Positions 19,782 to 29,875 of a stretch of 64,000 nucleotides of DNA are shown piece after piece; the first letter of the stretch is position 1, and every line of letters begins with the position of its first letter. The position numbers and the translations under genes were made by a program. A model generated the notes under the pieces. It saw nothing but the letters and a program-made list of their open reading frames with translations. It had not been told where the DNA came from and searched no databases. The stretch covers positions 1 through 64,000 of the forward strand of contig CAWJBB010000001.1 in NCBI GenBank assembly GCA_963840855.1, given 5' to 3'. This stretch comes from an uncultured delta proteobacterium. GTDB taxonomy: Bacteria > Desulfobacterota > Binatia > UBA9968.

Positions 19782-20399
19782 TTATGGTCTGGGGCCACCG
19801 AGAATTTCAATTTTTGCAATACGCTCAACATGTCGGACGAATTTGTATTTGTTCTCTTGTCCATCCATTTTCGGTCCCGCGCCTCTGCCAATAGCTTGAA
19901 TCTTGGCGACGAGCATCGACGGTCCTTCGCCGGACAAGAAAGACGCAACTGAGGAGCGAAGGGAATTTTTGTCGCGCAGGGTCCGAACGTTTTCTAGACC
20001 GGACGCTTTAGCAATCCCGGCAATGTCGGTTCCCGTGGCGGTCTGGCTCGCCGGACCGCCGCGGCTGCCGAAAAGCTGCTCGTTGTCAAAGACGAGTATG
20101 TAGAGGTTCTTCGGTTGGCGCGTGCCGATAACCGGCAGGATGCTGGGCGCGAGCAACATGCTGCCGTCGGTATCCAGCGCGAAAATTCGACAATTTGGCA
20201 ATGCCGTTGCCAAACCCAGCGCGATCTGACTGACCATTCCCATGCCGACTAGGTATAGGTTCCCGGGCCGGTCGATGACCTGGTAACTGTCGGCCGTAGT
20301 GCCCGCGAGGGCGGCGACGACGAGATCAGTTTCCTTGAGGGCTGGTTTCAGTTCGTCAAGGATCTCTCGTCTCTCAGGTTTCATACTATCATTGCTCAT
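19782..20399 (-). CDS. ThDP-dependent decarboxylase beta subunit (ComE-like)
   Basis: GMGMVSQIALG, variant ThDP motif DTDGSMLL..FDN, TDIAGIAKASG. Confidence 0.8.
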   Translation of the reverse strand: MSNDSMKPERREILDELKPALKETDLVVAALAGTTADSYQVIDRPGNLYLVGMGMVSQIALGLATALPNCRIFALDTDGSMLLAPSILPVIGTRQPKNLYILVFDNEQLFGSRGGPASQTATGTDIAGIAKASGLENVRTLRDKNSLRSSVASFLSGEGPSMLVAKIQAIGRGAGPKMDGQENKYKFVRHVERIAKIEILGGPRP

Positions 20400-20521
20400 A
20401 ATCGCATCTCCGGTCCTTTCATCGAACAAGCTGCAGATCTCTAAAGGATTTACTTTTTCCGATCAGCTATTTTTCTTGAGCCACGACCTGTAACAGCGTA
20501 GCCGCGGCGAATTCAAGCTGG

Positions 20522-22945
20522 TTAAGGTATCTTGATGCGCAGTAGTCGTCCGAGAGCGCTGAAAGTTTCTACCCACGCCTTCGCCGGTTCGTCGCCGCGC
20601 GCCTGCAATTCCTGCATCTTGGGGTAGACAGTCTGCAACAATGCATAATAGATGTTTTGGGTTTTCCAGATACCGACGCCAAAGGGTAGGGACTCGATCA
20701 CGGTCGCGGCATTATGCAATTGCTTTAGGCGCGGCTCGGTGGGGTCGGCGGCCAGCTGCTCGGCCATTGTTTCAAGATTATGCCGGAATGCGAATTCCAA
20801 GGTAGGCGAGTCGAGGGTTACGCCTTCAAGTGTTGCGGTTTCTAGCAATGAGCGAATTAGGGCTGGGTCAATTTCCTCTTGTTGCAGCGCCGCGCGCAGA
20901 AATCCATTCAATACGAACTCGGCGGATGCGTAGAAAGCCTTGGGCAGTGGAATATGGAGGTTTGTGAGAAAACGCATCATGGGCGCGCGGCGTTCGTAGA
21001 TTTGCCGATAGAGCGTCTCGGCTTCGCCGAGAGCCGATGCGAGGATCACATCCAGGACTTTGCGCTGCTCATCGCGGAACAGCGAACTCACGGAATAATT
21101 CGACTCACCGAACCGGTGGTCCATGAGCCGGATCACCTCGGCGAAATCGGCGCGCATGAAAGGTTCCATGGCTTCTTGCTTCAAGGCTCCATAAGCCTCG
21201 TCGCCCAAGAATTTGCGCACGCCGCCGTTTACGTTGTGATCACCCATGTGGAGGGCGCCAAAATCTAACACCTCAGATTCTCGAGTTACTTCCGACGTGA
21301 GCCCTACCCGGCCCACCGCCATTTTCGCTAAGCCGGCGCTCATAACCTGGTAGTCTTCTCGCTCGGCTTCGAAACAATAGATTTTCGTTTGATCCGAATA
21401 GTCCTCGAAGAGCAAGCTGACCGCGTAGTGCGCGCCGACTCGCTCCCAATCGACTCTGGCGGGTCTAACGAATTTTTCATAGATGCGCCGGCCGTCGCCA
21501 TGCTCCGGAACGTTGCTCCTGGCTGCCGCCAAGCGCTCGACGAACTGTTGTTCTAACGAATCGCCGAACAGCTCCTGGGCCAACTGTACGGCGCGCGCGG
21601 CGTATTGGATGACCTGGACCGTTTCGATCCCAGAGAGGTCGTCGAAAAACCAGCCACAGCTGGTGTACATGAGCATGGCGTGGCGCTGCATTTCGAGCAG
21701 CTTGAGCGCCTGAGTTGTTTCTTCGCCGGTTAGCGCGCGAGCGGCGTGGCGGGCCAAAAAGGCGTCTACGTTTGCCACCGAGCGGGCGAGCACTAAGCTT
21801 ATATAATCATCGCGCGCCGCCCACGGATCTTGGAAGAATTGCCGTGCCAATTTTTCGAATGGCGCAGCCACCGAGTCGCGCAACCAATCTAAGGTATTAC
21901 GCAGCGGCCGGCGCCATTCTTGGCGCCACCCCGGATGGTTGCCGGAGTTGCAGCCGCAGTCGCTCCACCAGCGGTCGATGCCGTGAGCGCAACTCCAGGA
22001 GGTTTTTTCGATGATATCAACCTGGTGGGTGGGCGGGTTTTTTTCCAGGAACTCACCGTAATTGGTGAGCTTTGCCGGTTGATTCGACTCGATGTGGTTC
22101 AACGCGTAAGCCAACGCCATGTCGCCGAAGCGGTGATGATGGCCGTAGCTTTCGCCGTCGGTGGCGATGTGAACGAGTTGCGGCCAATCCCGCTTGTCCG
22201 AGAAAACCCCGAGCAGCCTGTTCACCAGATCTTCGCCCCGGGAAAGCAACCCCTCGAAGGCGACAGCGCGGGAGACCGGGCCATCATAAAAGAACAGCGC
22301 GATCTTTCGTCCCGAAGGCAAGCGCTGCTCGTAGGCGCGCGTCGGGTCGATGCGACCGCCGCTGACGTCATGCCACCTGCTGACGCCGATGCGGCGAACG
22401 CGACTCGCCTGGTGCGGCGCAAGGATAGTAAAACGAATTCCCTGCTCGGCAAGGATTTCTAATGTCTCGATATCAACCGCGGTTTCCGGCAACCACATCC
22501 CAGCGGGCTTGCGCTTGAAGCGATGTTCGAAGTCGGCGATGCCCCAAAAGATTTGTGTGCGGCGGTCCCGCGTATTGGCCAGCGGCATAATCATGTGGTT
22601 GTAGGCTTGCGCCAATGCGGAACCATGCCCCGAGAAGTTTTTCTGACTCTCGCGGTCTGCCTCCAGAATGGTCAGGTAGACATCCGGCGCTTTGGCTTCG
22701 AGCCAGGAGAGGAGGGTCGGCCCGAAGTTGAAACTGATCTTGGCGTAGTTGTTGACCAGCCGTTCAATTCGATCCTCGGCGTCGAGAATCCGCGACACCG
22801 AGTTCGGCGCGTAGCACTCCGCCGCGATGCGCTCGTTCCAGTCATGGTAGGGATAGGCGGAATCTTGCAGCTCGATGGCTTCGAGCCAGGGATTTTCCCG
22901 CGGCGGCTGATAAAAATGACCGTGAATGCAGATGTAGCGTTCCAT
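20522..22945 (-). CDS. Glycoside hydrolase family 57 protein with DUF3536 domain
   Basis: HGHFYQPPRENPW, WLPETA, ATDGESYGHH, WSCAHG, MYTSCGWFFD. Confidence 0.92.
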   Translation of the reverse strand: MERYICIHGHFYQPPRENPWLEAIELQDSAYPYHDWNERIAAECYAPNSVSRILDAEDRIERLVNNYAKISFNFGPTLLSWLEAKAPDVYLTILEADRESQKNFSGHGSALAQAYNHMIMPLANTRDRRTQIFWGIADFEHRFKRKPAGMWLPETAVDIETLEILAEQGIRFTILAPHQASRVRRIGVSRWHDVSGGRIDPTRAYEQRLPSGRKIALFFYDGPVSRAVAFEGLLSRGEDLVNRLLGVFSDKRDWPQLVHIATDGESYGHHHRFGDMALAYALNHIESNQPAKLTNYGEFLEKNPPTHQVDIIEKTSWSCAHGIDRWWSDCGCNSGNHPGWRQEWRRPLRNTLDWLRDSVAAPFEKLARQFFQDPWAARDDYISLVLARSVANVDAFLARHAARALTGEETTQALKLLEMQRHAMLMYTSCGWFFDDLSGIETVQVIQYAARAVQLAQELFGDSLEQQFVERLAAARSNVPEHGDGRRIYEKFVRPARVDWERVGAHYAVSLLFEDYSDQTKIYCFEAEREDYQVMSAGLAKMAVGRVGLTSEVTRESEVLDFGALHMGDHNVNGGVRKFLGDEAYGALKQEAMEPFMRADFAEVIRLMDHRFGESNYSVSSLFRDEQRKVLDVILASALGEAETLYRQIYERRAPMMRFLTNLHIPLPKAFYASAEFVLNGFLRAALQQEEIDPALIRSLLETATLEGVTLDSPTLEFAFRHNLETMAEQLAADPTEPRLKQLHNAATVIESLPFGVGIWKTQNIYYALLQTVYPKMQELQARGDEPAKAWVETFSALGRLLRIKIP

Positions 22946-22956
22946 GGTCTACGTGA

Positions 22957-23047
22957 AGGTTCAAAGTTCAAAATGTTCAAACCGTTCAAGGTTGGGACGA
23001 TCCCGGGTGCGACGGCTTGAACGTTTTGAACGGCTTGAACGCTTAAA
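22957..23047. repeat. Inverted short-period array (GTTCAA x4 ... TTGAAC x3-4) between glgC and GH57
   Basis: ggttcaaagttcaaaatgttcaaaccgttcaag ... ttgaacgttttgaacggcttgaacgcttaaac. Confidence 0.75.
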
Positions 23048-23068
23048 CGCCGCGCACGCAGTGCGCGT

Positions 23069-24319
23069 TTACTGTCCGCCCGCCGTGACCCAATTGGTCC
23101 GGCGCTCGCCGCGGCAAAGCACCACGATGCCGCCCTCGGAAATAAAGTATCGCTTACGGTCTTGTTCCATATCATAGCCGATCTCGGACCCCGGCGGGAT
23201 CACGTTGGACTTGTCGATGATGGCGCGGCGGATCTTGCAGCCGCGGCCGATCTCCGTCCAGTCCATGATCACAGAATCTTCGATCTGGCTGTAACTATGA
23301 ATGCGCACGTTGCGGCCGACGACGCAGTTATGCACGGAGCTCCCGCTGATAATGGATCCTTCGGCGACGATGGAATTCACCGCCATGCCTTGGCGGTCCT
23401 GCCAGTCAAAGACGAATTTCGCCGGTGGATCGCCGTAGCCGACGGTTCGCACCGGCCAGCCGCGGTTGTAGAGGTTGAAAGACGGGTCCACCGAGCAAAG
23501 ATCCATGTTGGCTTCAAAGTAAGCTTCCAGGTTGCCGACATCACGCCAGTAGCTCGGTTCCTCGCCCTTTTGCGTCGATGGCACGCGGTTTTTGCGAAAG
23601 TCGTAGGCAAACACGGCGCCTTGCTCGAATAGGGATGGTAGAATATTGCGGCCGAAGTCGTGGGCGCTCGACGGATCGTCGTTGTCCGCCGTGAGCATCT
23701 GCACCAGCAGGTCGGTATTGAACAAATAATTACCCATGGAGGCCAGCGCGTACTCGGGCTCGCCGGGAATGGATTTGGGCTTGCGTGGTTTTTCCTCGAA
23801 ACCGATGATGCGCCAGTCGTCGTCAACTTCCATGATGCCGAATTGCGATGCCTCTTCAATTTTTACCGGCAGCGCCGCCACCGTGGCCTCAGCGCTTTTT
23901 TTCTGGTGATCATCGATCATTTGGCGGATGTTCATGCGGTAGATATGGTCCGCGCCGAAGACCGCGACCAATTTGGGGTTATGCCGTTCGATCAAGAACA
24001 AGTTCTGATAAACGGCGTCGGCGGTGCCTTGATACCAGTCCGTGCCCAAGCGCATCTGCGCCGGCACGGGCGTGATGAAGTGATCGCCGAGAAAGTCCGT
24101 GGTGCGCCAACCCCGGTCGAGGTGCTCGAGCAAAGACTGCGCTCTGAACTGGGTGAGAACATACAGTGATAGAATGCCGGAGTTGACGAAATTTGACAGC
24201 ACGAAATCGATGATTCTATATCTGCCGCCGAAAGGAACCGCGGGCTTGGCCCGGTGTTCCGTTAATGGGAAAAGCCGTTCGCCTTTACCACCAGCCATGA
24301 TGATGCCAAGAACGTACAT
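23069..24319 (-). CDS. glgC: Glucose-1-phosphate adenylyltransferase
   Basis: MAGGKGERLFPLT, RAKPAVPFGG, WYQGTADAV, FEEKP, YWRDVG. Confidence 0.96.
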   Translation of the reverse strand: MYVLGIIMAGGKGERLFPLTEHRAKPAVPFGGRYRIIDFVLSNFVNSGILSLYVLTQFRAQSLLEHLDRGWRTTDFLGDHFITPVPAQMRLGTDWYQGTADAVYQNLFLIERHNPKLVAVFGADHIYRMNIRQMIDDHQKKSAEATVAALPVKIEEASQFGIMEVDDDWRIIGFEEKPRKPKSIPGEPEYALASMGNYLFNTDLLVQMLTADNDDPSSAHDFGRNILPSLFEQGAVFAYDFRKNRVPSTQKGEEPSYWRDVGNLEAYFEANMDLCSVDPSFNLYNRGWPVRTVGYGDPPAKFVFDWQDRQGMAVNSIVAEGSIISGSSVHNCVVGRNVRIHSYSQIEDSVIMDWTEIGRGCKIRRAIIDKSNVIPPGSEIGYDMEQDRKRYFISEGGIVVLCRGERRTNWVTAGGQ

Positions 24320-24342
24320 TAGGAACCTCGGTTCATTTCGGC

Positions 24343-25788
24343 CTATCCGTTTAGCAATTCCCGGTATAACTCATCATACATCTGCGTTGAACGGTCCCAG
24401 GAAAAATCTTTGTTCATAGCCCGGCGCTGCAGCGCCGTCCACGAGCGCTTCTCCCGGAACGCCTGTAACGCCCGATGGATCGCGTCCAACAACGCTTGGG
24501 GATCGTAAGGCGCAAAAACAAACCCCGTGCCGGTCCCACGTTCGGCATCATAGTCTTCCACTGTGTCTTTCAATCCACCAATGGCACGCACGATCGGAAT
24601 TGTCCCATACTTCAAACTGAACATTTGGTTGAGCCCGCAGGGCTCGTACTGTGAAGGCATTAAAAACAAATCCGCGCCGGCTTCGATTTGATGCGCCAGG
24701 GCTTCGTCGAAGCCGATGCGGGCGGCAAATTTCTTTGGATGGCGCGCCGCCGCGGCGGTAACCAATTCTTCAAAACGCGGCTCGCCGGTTCCCAGTATCG
24801 TCATTTGCAGATCGGATTGCATGAGAGAATCGAGGATCTTTTCGATGAGATCGAGGCCCTTTTGCGATGTCAGGCGCGAGACCATGCCGATGAGCGGCAG
24901 GTCAGATTGCTCCGACAGCCCGAAGGTCCGCTGCAAGGCTTTCTTGCAGTTCCGTTTCGCCCTCAAGTTGGCGGCGCCGTACGGTTTGGCGATATGGGGA
25001 TCGTTTTGCGGGTCCCAGTGGCTGTAGTCCACGCCGTTCAAAATCCCCACGATGTCCCGCCGCCGCCCGCGCAGCACGCCTTCGAGGCCGAAACCCTGTT
25101 CGCTCTCCATGATCTCTTGGGCATAGCTCGGGCTCACAGTGGTGATCTTATCGGCGTAGACCACGCCTCCTTTAAGAAAGTTGATACTACCGTAGAATTC
25201 CAGAAACTGCGGGGTGAATAGGCTCCAATCCAAATTCAACAGGGGCCATTGCGCGGATGGAAAGATACCCTGAAAGCCCAGGTTGTGGACGGTGAGCACC
25301 GTTTTGGCGGCGCGGCACTCCCGATAGCGCTCCGGTTGGGCTTTGAGAAAGACGATGGCGAGCGCGCTCTGCCAGTCGTGGCAGTGAAGCATGTCTACGG
25401 GTTCATGTCTTATGACTTCCAGCGCGGCCCGCGAAAAGAAAACAAAGCGTTCCGCGTTATCCGGATAATCACCTTCCGGCGCGCCGTAAAGAAACTCGCG
25501 GTCAAAATAGCGGTCGGCGCGGATGCAATAGACGTTAATATTACTTCCCGCGCGCGCTCGGAACACCGAGGCCTCTACTTGCCGGTCAGACACCGGAAGC
25601 GAAAATCTCATGCCGCTGTCGTCGATCGCGAACCCTCCCTGTAGTACCGCGCGGTACGCCGGCATGATCAAAGTCATTTGATGGCCAATCCGCTCCAGGG
25701 CGGCGGAAAGAGATCCCACCACGTCCGCCAGCCCGCCGGTCTTGGCGAACGGGACGATCTCCGGCGATATCATTGCGATCTTCATCAC
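24343..25788 (-). CDS. glgA: Glycogen synthase
   Basis: KTGGLADV, HCHDWQ, GILNG, EPCGLNQ. Confidence 0.95.
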   Translation of the reverse strand: MMKIAMISPEIVPFAKTGGLADVVGSLSAALERIGHQMTLIMPAYRAVLQGGFAIDDSGMRFSLPVSDRQVEASVFRARAGSNINVYCIRADRYFDREFLYGAPEGDYPDNAERFVFFSRAALEVIRHEPVDMLHCHDWQSALAIVFLKAQPERYRECRAAKTVLTVHNLGFQGIFPSAQWPLLNLDWSLFTPQFLEFYGSINFLKGGVVYADKITTVSPSYAQEIMESEQGFGLEGVLRGRRRDIVGILNGVDYSHWDPQNDPHIAKPYGAANLRAKRNCKKALQRTFGLSEQSDLPLIGMVSRLTSQKGLDLIEKILDSLMQSDLQMTILGTGEPRFEELVTAAAARHPKKFAARIGFDEALAHQIEAGADLFLMPSQYEPCGLNQMFSLKYGTIPIVRAIGGLKDTVEDYDAERGTGTGFVFAPYDPQALLDAIHRALQAFREKRSWTALQRRAMNKDFSWDRSTQMYDELYRELLNG

Positions 25789-25833
25789 GCTCTTATGCGG
25801 GTCCGAATCCTCGTTATCGAGTACCGGGTTAAA

Positions 25834-27748
25834 CTACCCCTCGTTCTTGAAGAACGAAACCGACAGCGGCGGCAAGGTGATGGTCAAAGAGTACGGCCGG
25901 CCGTGAAGCGCAACGGGGGCCGCTTCGACGCCGCCCATGTTGCCCATGTTGCTGCCGCCGTAATCGGCGGCGTCGCTGTTCAGTGCCTCGATCCAGAAGC
26001 CGCCGCGCGGCGCGCCGAGCCGGTAGCTGTAGCGCGGCACCGGGGTAAAATTGCAGACCGCCAGGACGATAGTGGGAGTGGTTTTGCCCTTGCGGATCAA
26101 GCTAACCACGCTGCTCTCGGCGTCGCCGCAGTCGATCCATTCGAAACCTGCCGGATCACAATCCCACTCGTGCATGGCCGGTTCGCTCTTGTAAAAATGA
26201 TTGAGCTCGCGCACCCATCGGCGCAAACCGGCATGGGGCGGGTGGTCCAGCAGCTCCCATTCCAAGCTTCCATCGTGCGCCCACTCGCGCCACTGGCCGA
26301 ACTCGCCGCCCATAAAAAGCATTTTCTTCGACGGCTGAGCGTACATGTAGCCGTAAAGAGCGCGCAGATTGGCGAACTTCTGCCAGTCGTCGCCGGGCAT
26401 CTTGCCGATCAGCGAACCTTTGCCGTAAACCACCTCGTCATGGGACAACGGCAGGACGAAGTTTTCGTGAAACGCGTAAAGCATGCGAAACGTCAGCTTG
26501 TCGTGGTGATAACGGCGGTGAATCGGATCTTGCCGCATGTACTCCAATGTGTCGTGCATCCAACCCATGTCCCACTTGAAGCCAAAGCCTAGGCCGCCGA
26601 CGTAGTTAGGCCGCGACACCATCGGCCACGATGTGGACTCTTCGGCGATGGTTTCCACGCCCGGGTGATGTTCGTAAACCGCCGCGTTCATGCGCCGGAG
26701 AAATTCGATCGCCTCGATGTTCTCTTTGCCACCGTATTTATTGGGGATCCATTCGCCTTCTTTGCGCGCGTAGCTGAGATAGAGCATCGATGCCACCGCG
26801 TCCACGCGCAAGCCGTCGGCGTGATACTGGTCGAGCCAGAACAGCGCGTTGCTGATTAGAAAACTCTGCACCTCTTTGCGGCCGTAATTGAAAATATAGC
26901 TGTTCCATTCCGGGTGATAGCCCTGGCGCGGGTCGGCGTGTTCGTACAAATGCGTGCCGTCGAAAAACGCCAGGCCATGTTCGTCGCTGGGAAAGTGCGA
27001 CGGCACCCAGTCGAGAATCACGCCGATACCGCGCTGATGCAGCGTATCGATGAGAAACATCAAATCCTGCGGCGTGCCGTAGTTGCCCGACGGCGCAAAG
27101 TAGCCGGTGATTTGGTAGCCCCAGGAGCCGAAGAAGGGATGGTCCATGACCGGCAGAAATTCCACGTGGGTATAGCCCAGATCGCGCAAGTAATCCGCCA
27201 GCTCCCCCGCCAGCTCGCGGTATGAGAGCGAACGGTTGTTTTGTTCGACCACGCGCCGCCAGGAGCCGACATGCATCTCGTAGATCGCCATGGGCTTATC
27301 GGAACCCTGGTGCTGGCGGCGCTCGGCCATCCACTGCCGGTCGTTCCATTGATAGTCGAGATCCCAGACGATGGAGGCGAATTTGGGCGGAATCTCGTTG
27401 AAGATGGAAAAGGGATCGGCCTTGTCGGCGCGATAACCGTCGAAAGCGCGAGCCGATGTGATACTTGTAGAGCGTGCCTTTGCCGATGCCTGGGAAAAAT
27501 CCTTCCCAGATACCCGACTCCCCTTTGGGGTGGAGACGGTGGCTGCCTTTGTCCCATCCATTAAACTCGCCGATGACGGCTACGTAATTGGCGTTCGGCG
27601 CCCAGACCGCAAAGTATGTACCCGTGTTTTCGTCCGGTTTCACGATGTGGGCGCCGAGTTTGTCATACAGGCGAAAGTGGCTGCCTTCGTTGAATAGATA
27701 GAGGTCGTTTTCCGTAAGCAGGCTTATGGAGTCCTGGACGTTGGCCAA
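25834..27748 (-). CDS. glgB: 1,4-alpha-glucan branching enzyme, frameshifted near 27445
   Basis: N-terminal [16 protein letters not shown] and VWAPNA in the 27296-27748 frame; [33 protein letters not shown] in the 25834 frame. Confidence 0.94.
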
Positions 27749-29865
27749 TTTTCCTTACCCCCCTTCTTTCGTATCTCGCCGATCGTTTGCAAAGTTTCGC
27801 GCACCGCCCGCATCTCGCGGATTTGCTCCAAGGAAAAGCGCGCCTTGCGCTTCCAATTCGGCCGTTCCTCCCAGGTGCCCGGCACGTTTTGCGGCGCCGG
27901 CTCGAGCCAGAGATCCTCGAGATTTATGAGCAAAAAATCGGCCTCGCTCTCCGCCAGAACGCAAAGCCAGGCGCGAAGCACCGCTGCCGGCGTGGGTTCG
28001 CTGTTGTCTAACCACTTGCCAGCGCGAAGATAGCTCACCAGCGCGTCGCGCTGCGCCGCGCGGTAGCCATGTTCGGTGGGGCTGTCCGATTCGTTTATGA
28101 GCCCGAGCGCCACGCGCTCGTCAATGTCTGCGCCGCTCCAAAAGCCGGCAAAGGTCGGCGTGTCATGGGTGTTGAGACTGGCGACGGTTCGGCGCAGCGG
28201 TTTGTCCAGCGCATCATGCGGGTCGGGGCGCACGCCAAATTGGCCCACATGCATGCCGCGTACGCCGTGCCGCTCCATGGCGGCGTTGACCGCAGACGGC
28301 ACGGTGCCGAGATTCTCTCCGACGATCTGCGCTTTGTGGCGGTGCGATTCCAAATTCAACACGGCGTAGAATTCTTCGGCGGGATAACGCACATAGACGC
28401 CTTCAGTAGGCGCGAAGCCGGCCGGCACCCAGTACGAGCGGTGCAGCCCCATGACGTGATCGATGCGCAGCATCTTGGCGTATTGTAAGTGATGGCGCAC
28501 GCAGTGAATGTAATAACGGTAACCCTGGCGCCGAAGCCCTTCGGGGTGGAGCGGCGGAAAGCCCCAGTCTTGTCCCTTGGTGAAAAAACCGTCCGGCGGC
28601 GCCCCACCGCTGGCATCGAGGGCAAATGCATCGCGTTCGCGCCAGACATCGTAACCGTCGCGGTTTACTCCCAGGGGAAAATCCAGGTAGAGCGCCGGGC
28701 CGCCGGCTTTGGTTTTCTCGCCGAGAACGCGCATCTGTTCATGAGCCTGCCACTGTACGTAGAGATGATACTGCTTGATATGTTCAACATAGTCGCCGGG
28801 ACGAAGCGTGCCATCCCGGCTGGCGCCCTCCCACCGCTGCCAGGGCTTGCGTTCGCCATCGGTTTTAGCGCGAAAGGCAGCGTAATCCTGGGCCACCGGA
28901 TGAGTGGCGACGAAGCGCTCAAACTGGGCGCGCCTTTCGGACGGTTGCCGCAGAAGACACCTCAAGAGCTCGTTGAGTACTTTGCGCTTGAGGGCCATGG
29001 CGCGGCGGTAGTCGACCAGGGGCGCGGCGCGCAACCTGTCCATCTCGGTTTGAAAACCGGCAGAACGAATGATTGATCTCGCGGCGACGCATCGCTTAAG
29101 TTCCGCGATGCGATCGACGTCGAGAAAGAATTCGTTCCAAAAGAGCCGGCTCACGGGAGCATAGGGGCTCGGATTGAATGGCTCGTCCAAAAATGCCGAG
29201 AGTAAAGGCAAGGTGGCAATCGCATGGCCGCCGAGCTCGCCCGCGAAGTTGACTAAGGCGCCGAGATCGGAAAAATCGCCGGCGCCCCAGCTTTTCTCAG
29301 AAGCGAGAGCGTAGAGGGGACAAAAGAGACCCCAGGATTTGTTCTCCTGATCCGCGCCGCCATAGGCTTTGGACGGGGCCGCAAACAAATGAGTCACAAG
29401 ATCAAGGTCGCCGATCCGTACCTGCATGAGGTGGTAACCGAGAGGAAGTTGCTCGGCGAGATAAAGCCGCCGGGTCACATAGCGCTTGCCCTCGATCTCG
29501 CGTTCGACCGGCTTCGATTTGGGATCATCGCATAGCGCGCCTTCGACCCTCGCGCCACTTTCAAGTGCCACCGCATAGCTCACCGCGGCTTGCGCCAACT
29601 GGCTCGGTACCCGCAGTTTGAGACACGTCGGGCCGCCGTTCCAGGCAACGATAACGGGGTCAATCGCTTGCTGCCAGAGAAACTGCCGCCGCTCTCTCAG
29701 CGCGCCGGCAAGATCGGACATCTTATCGACGTGCGCGCCGACCATGCCGAGCACCCTCAAGATCGATTCTGGTGGCGGTTCGACCCTTCGGCCCAACCCG
29801 TCATAGTGAACGGCCTGCACGTTGAATAGCCACGCAGCGCGGCGCAGTAGTTTTTCCGCCACCAT
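27724..29865 (-). CDS. malQ: 4-alpha-glucanotransferase (amylomaltase, GH77)
   Basis: [39 protein letters not shown]. Confidence 0.93.
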   Translation of the reverse strand: MVAEKLLRRAAWLFNVQAVHYDGLGRRVEPPPESILRVLGMVGAHVDKMSDLAGALRERRQFLWQQAIDPVIVAWNGGPTCLKLRVPSQLAQAAVSYAVALESGARVEGALCDDPKSKPVEREIEGKRYVTRRLYLAEQLPLGYHLMQVRIGDLDLVTHLFAAPSKAYGGADQENKSWGLFCPLYALASEKSWGAGDFSDLGALVNFAGELGGHAIATLPLLSAFLDEPFNPSPYAPVSRLFWNEFFLDVDRIAELKRCVAARSIIRSAGFQTEMDRLRAAPLVDYRRAMALKRKVLNELLRCLLRQPSERRAQFERFVATHPVAQDYAAFRAKTDGERKPWQRWEGASRDGTLRPGDYVEHIKQYHLYVQWQAHEQMRVLGEKTKAGGPALYLDFPLGVNRDGYDVWRERDAFALDASGGAPPDGFFTKGQDWGFPPLHPEGLRRQGYRYYIHCVRHHLQYAKMLRIDHVMGLHRSYWVPAGFAPTEGVYVRYPAEEFYAVLNLESHRHKAQIVGENLGTVPSAVNAAMERHGVRGMHVGQFGVRPDPHDALDKPLRRTVASLNTHDTPTFAGFWSGADIDERVALGLINESDSPTEHGYRAAQRDALVSYLRAGKWLDNSEPTPAAVLRAWLCVLAESEADFLLINLEDLWLEPAPQNVPGTWEERPNWKRKARFSLEQIREMRAVRETLQTIGEIRKKGGKENWPTSRTP

Positions 29866-29875
29866 TTGTTTGCGT

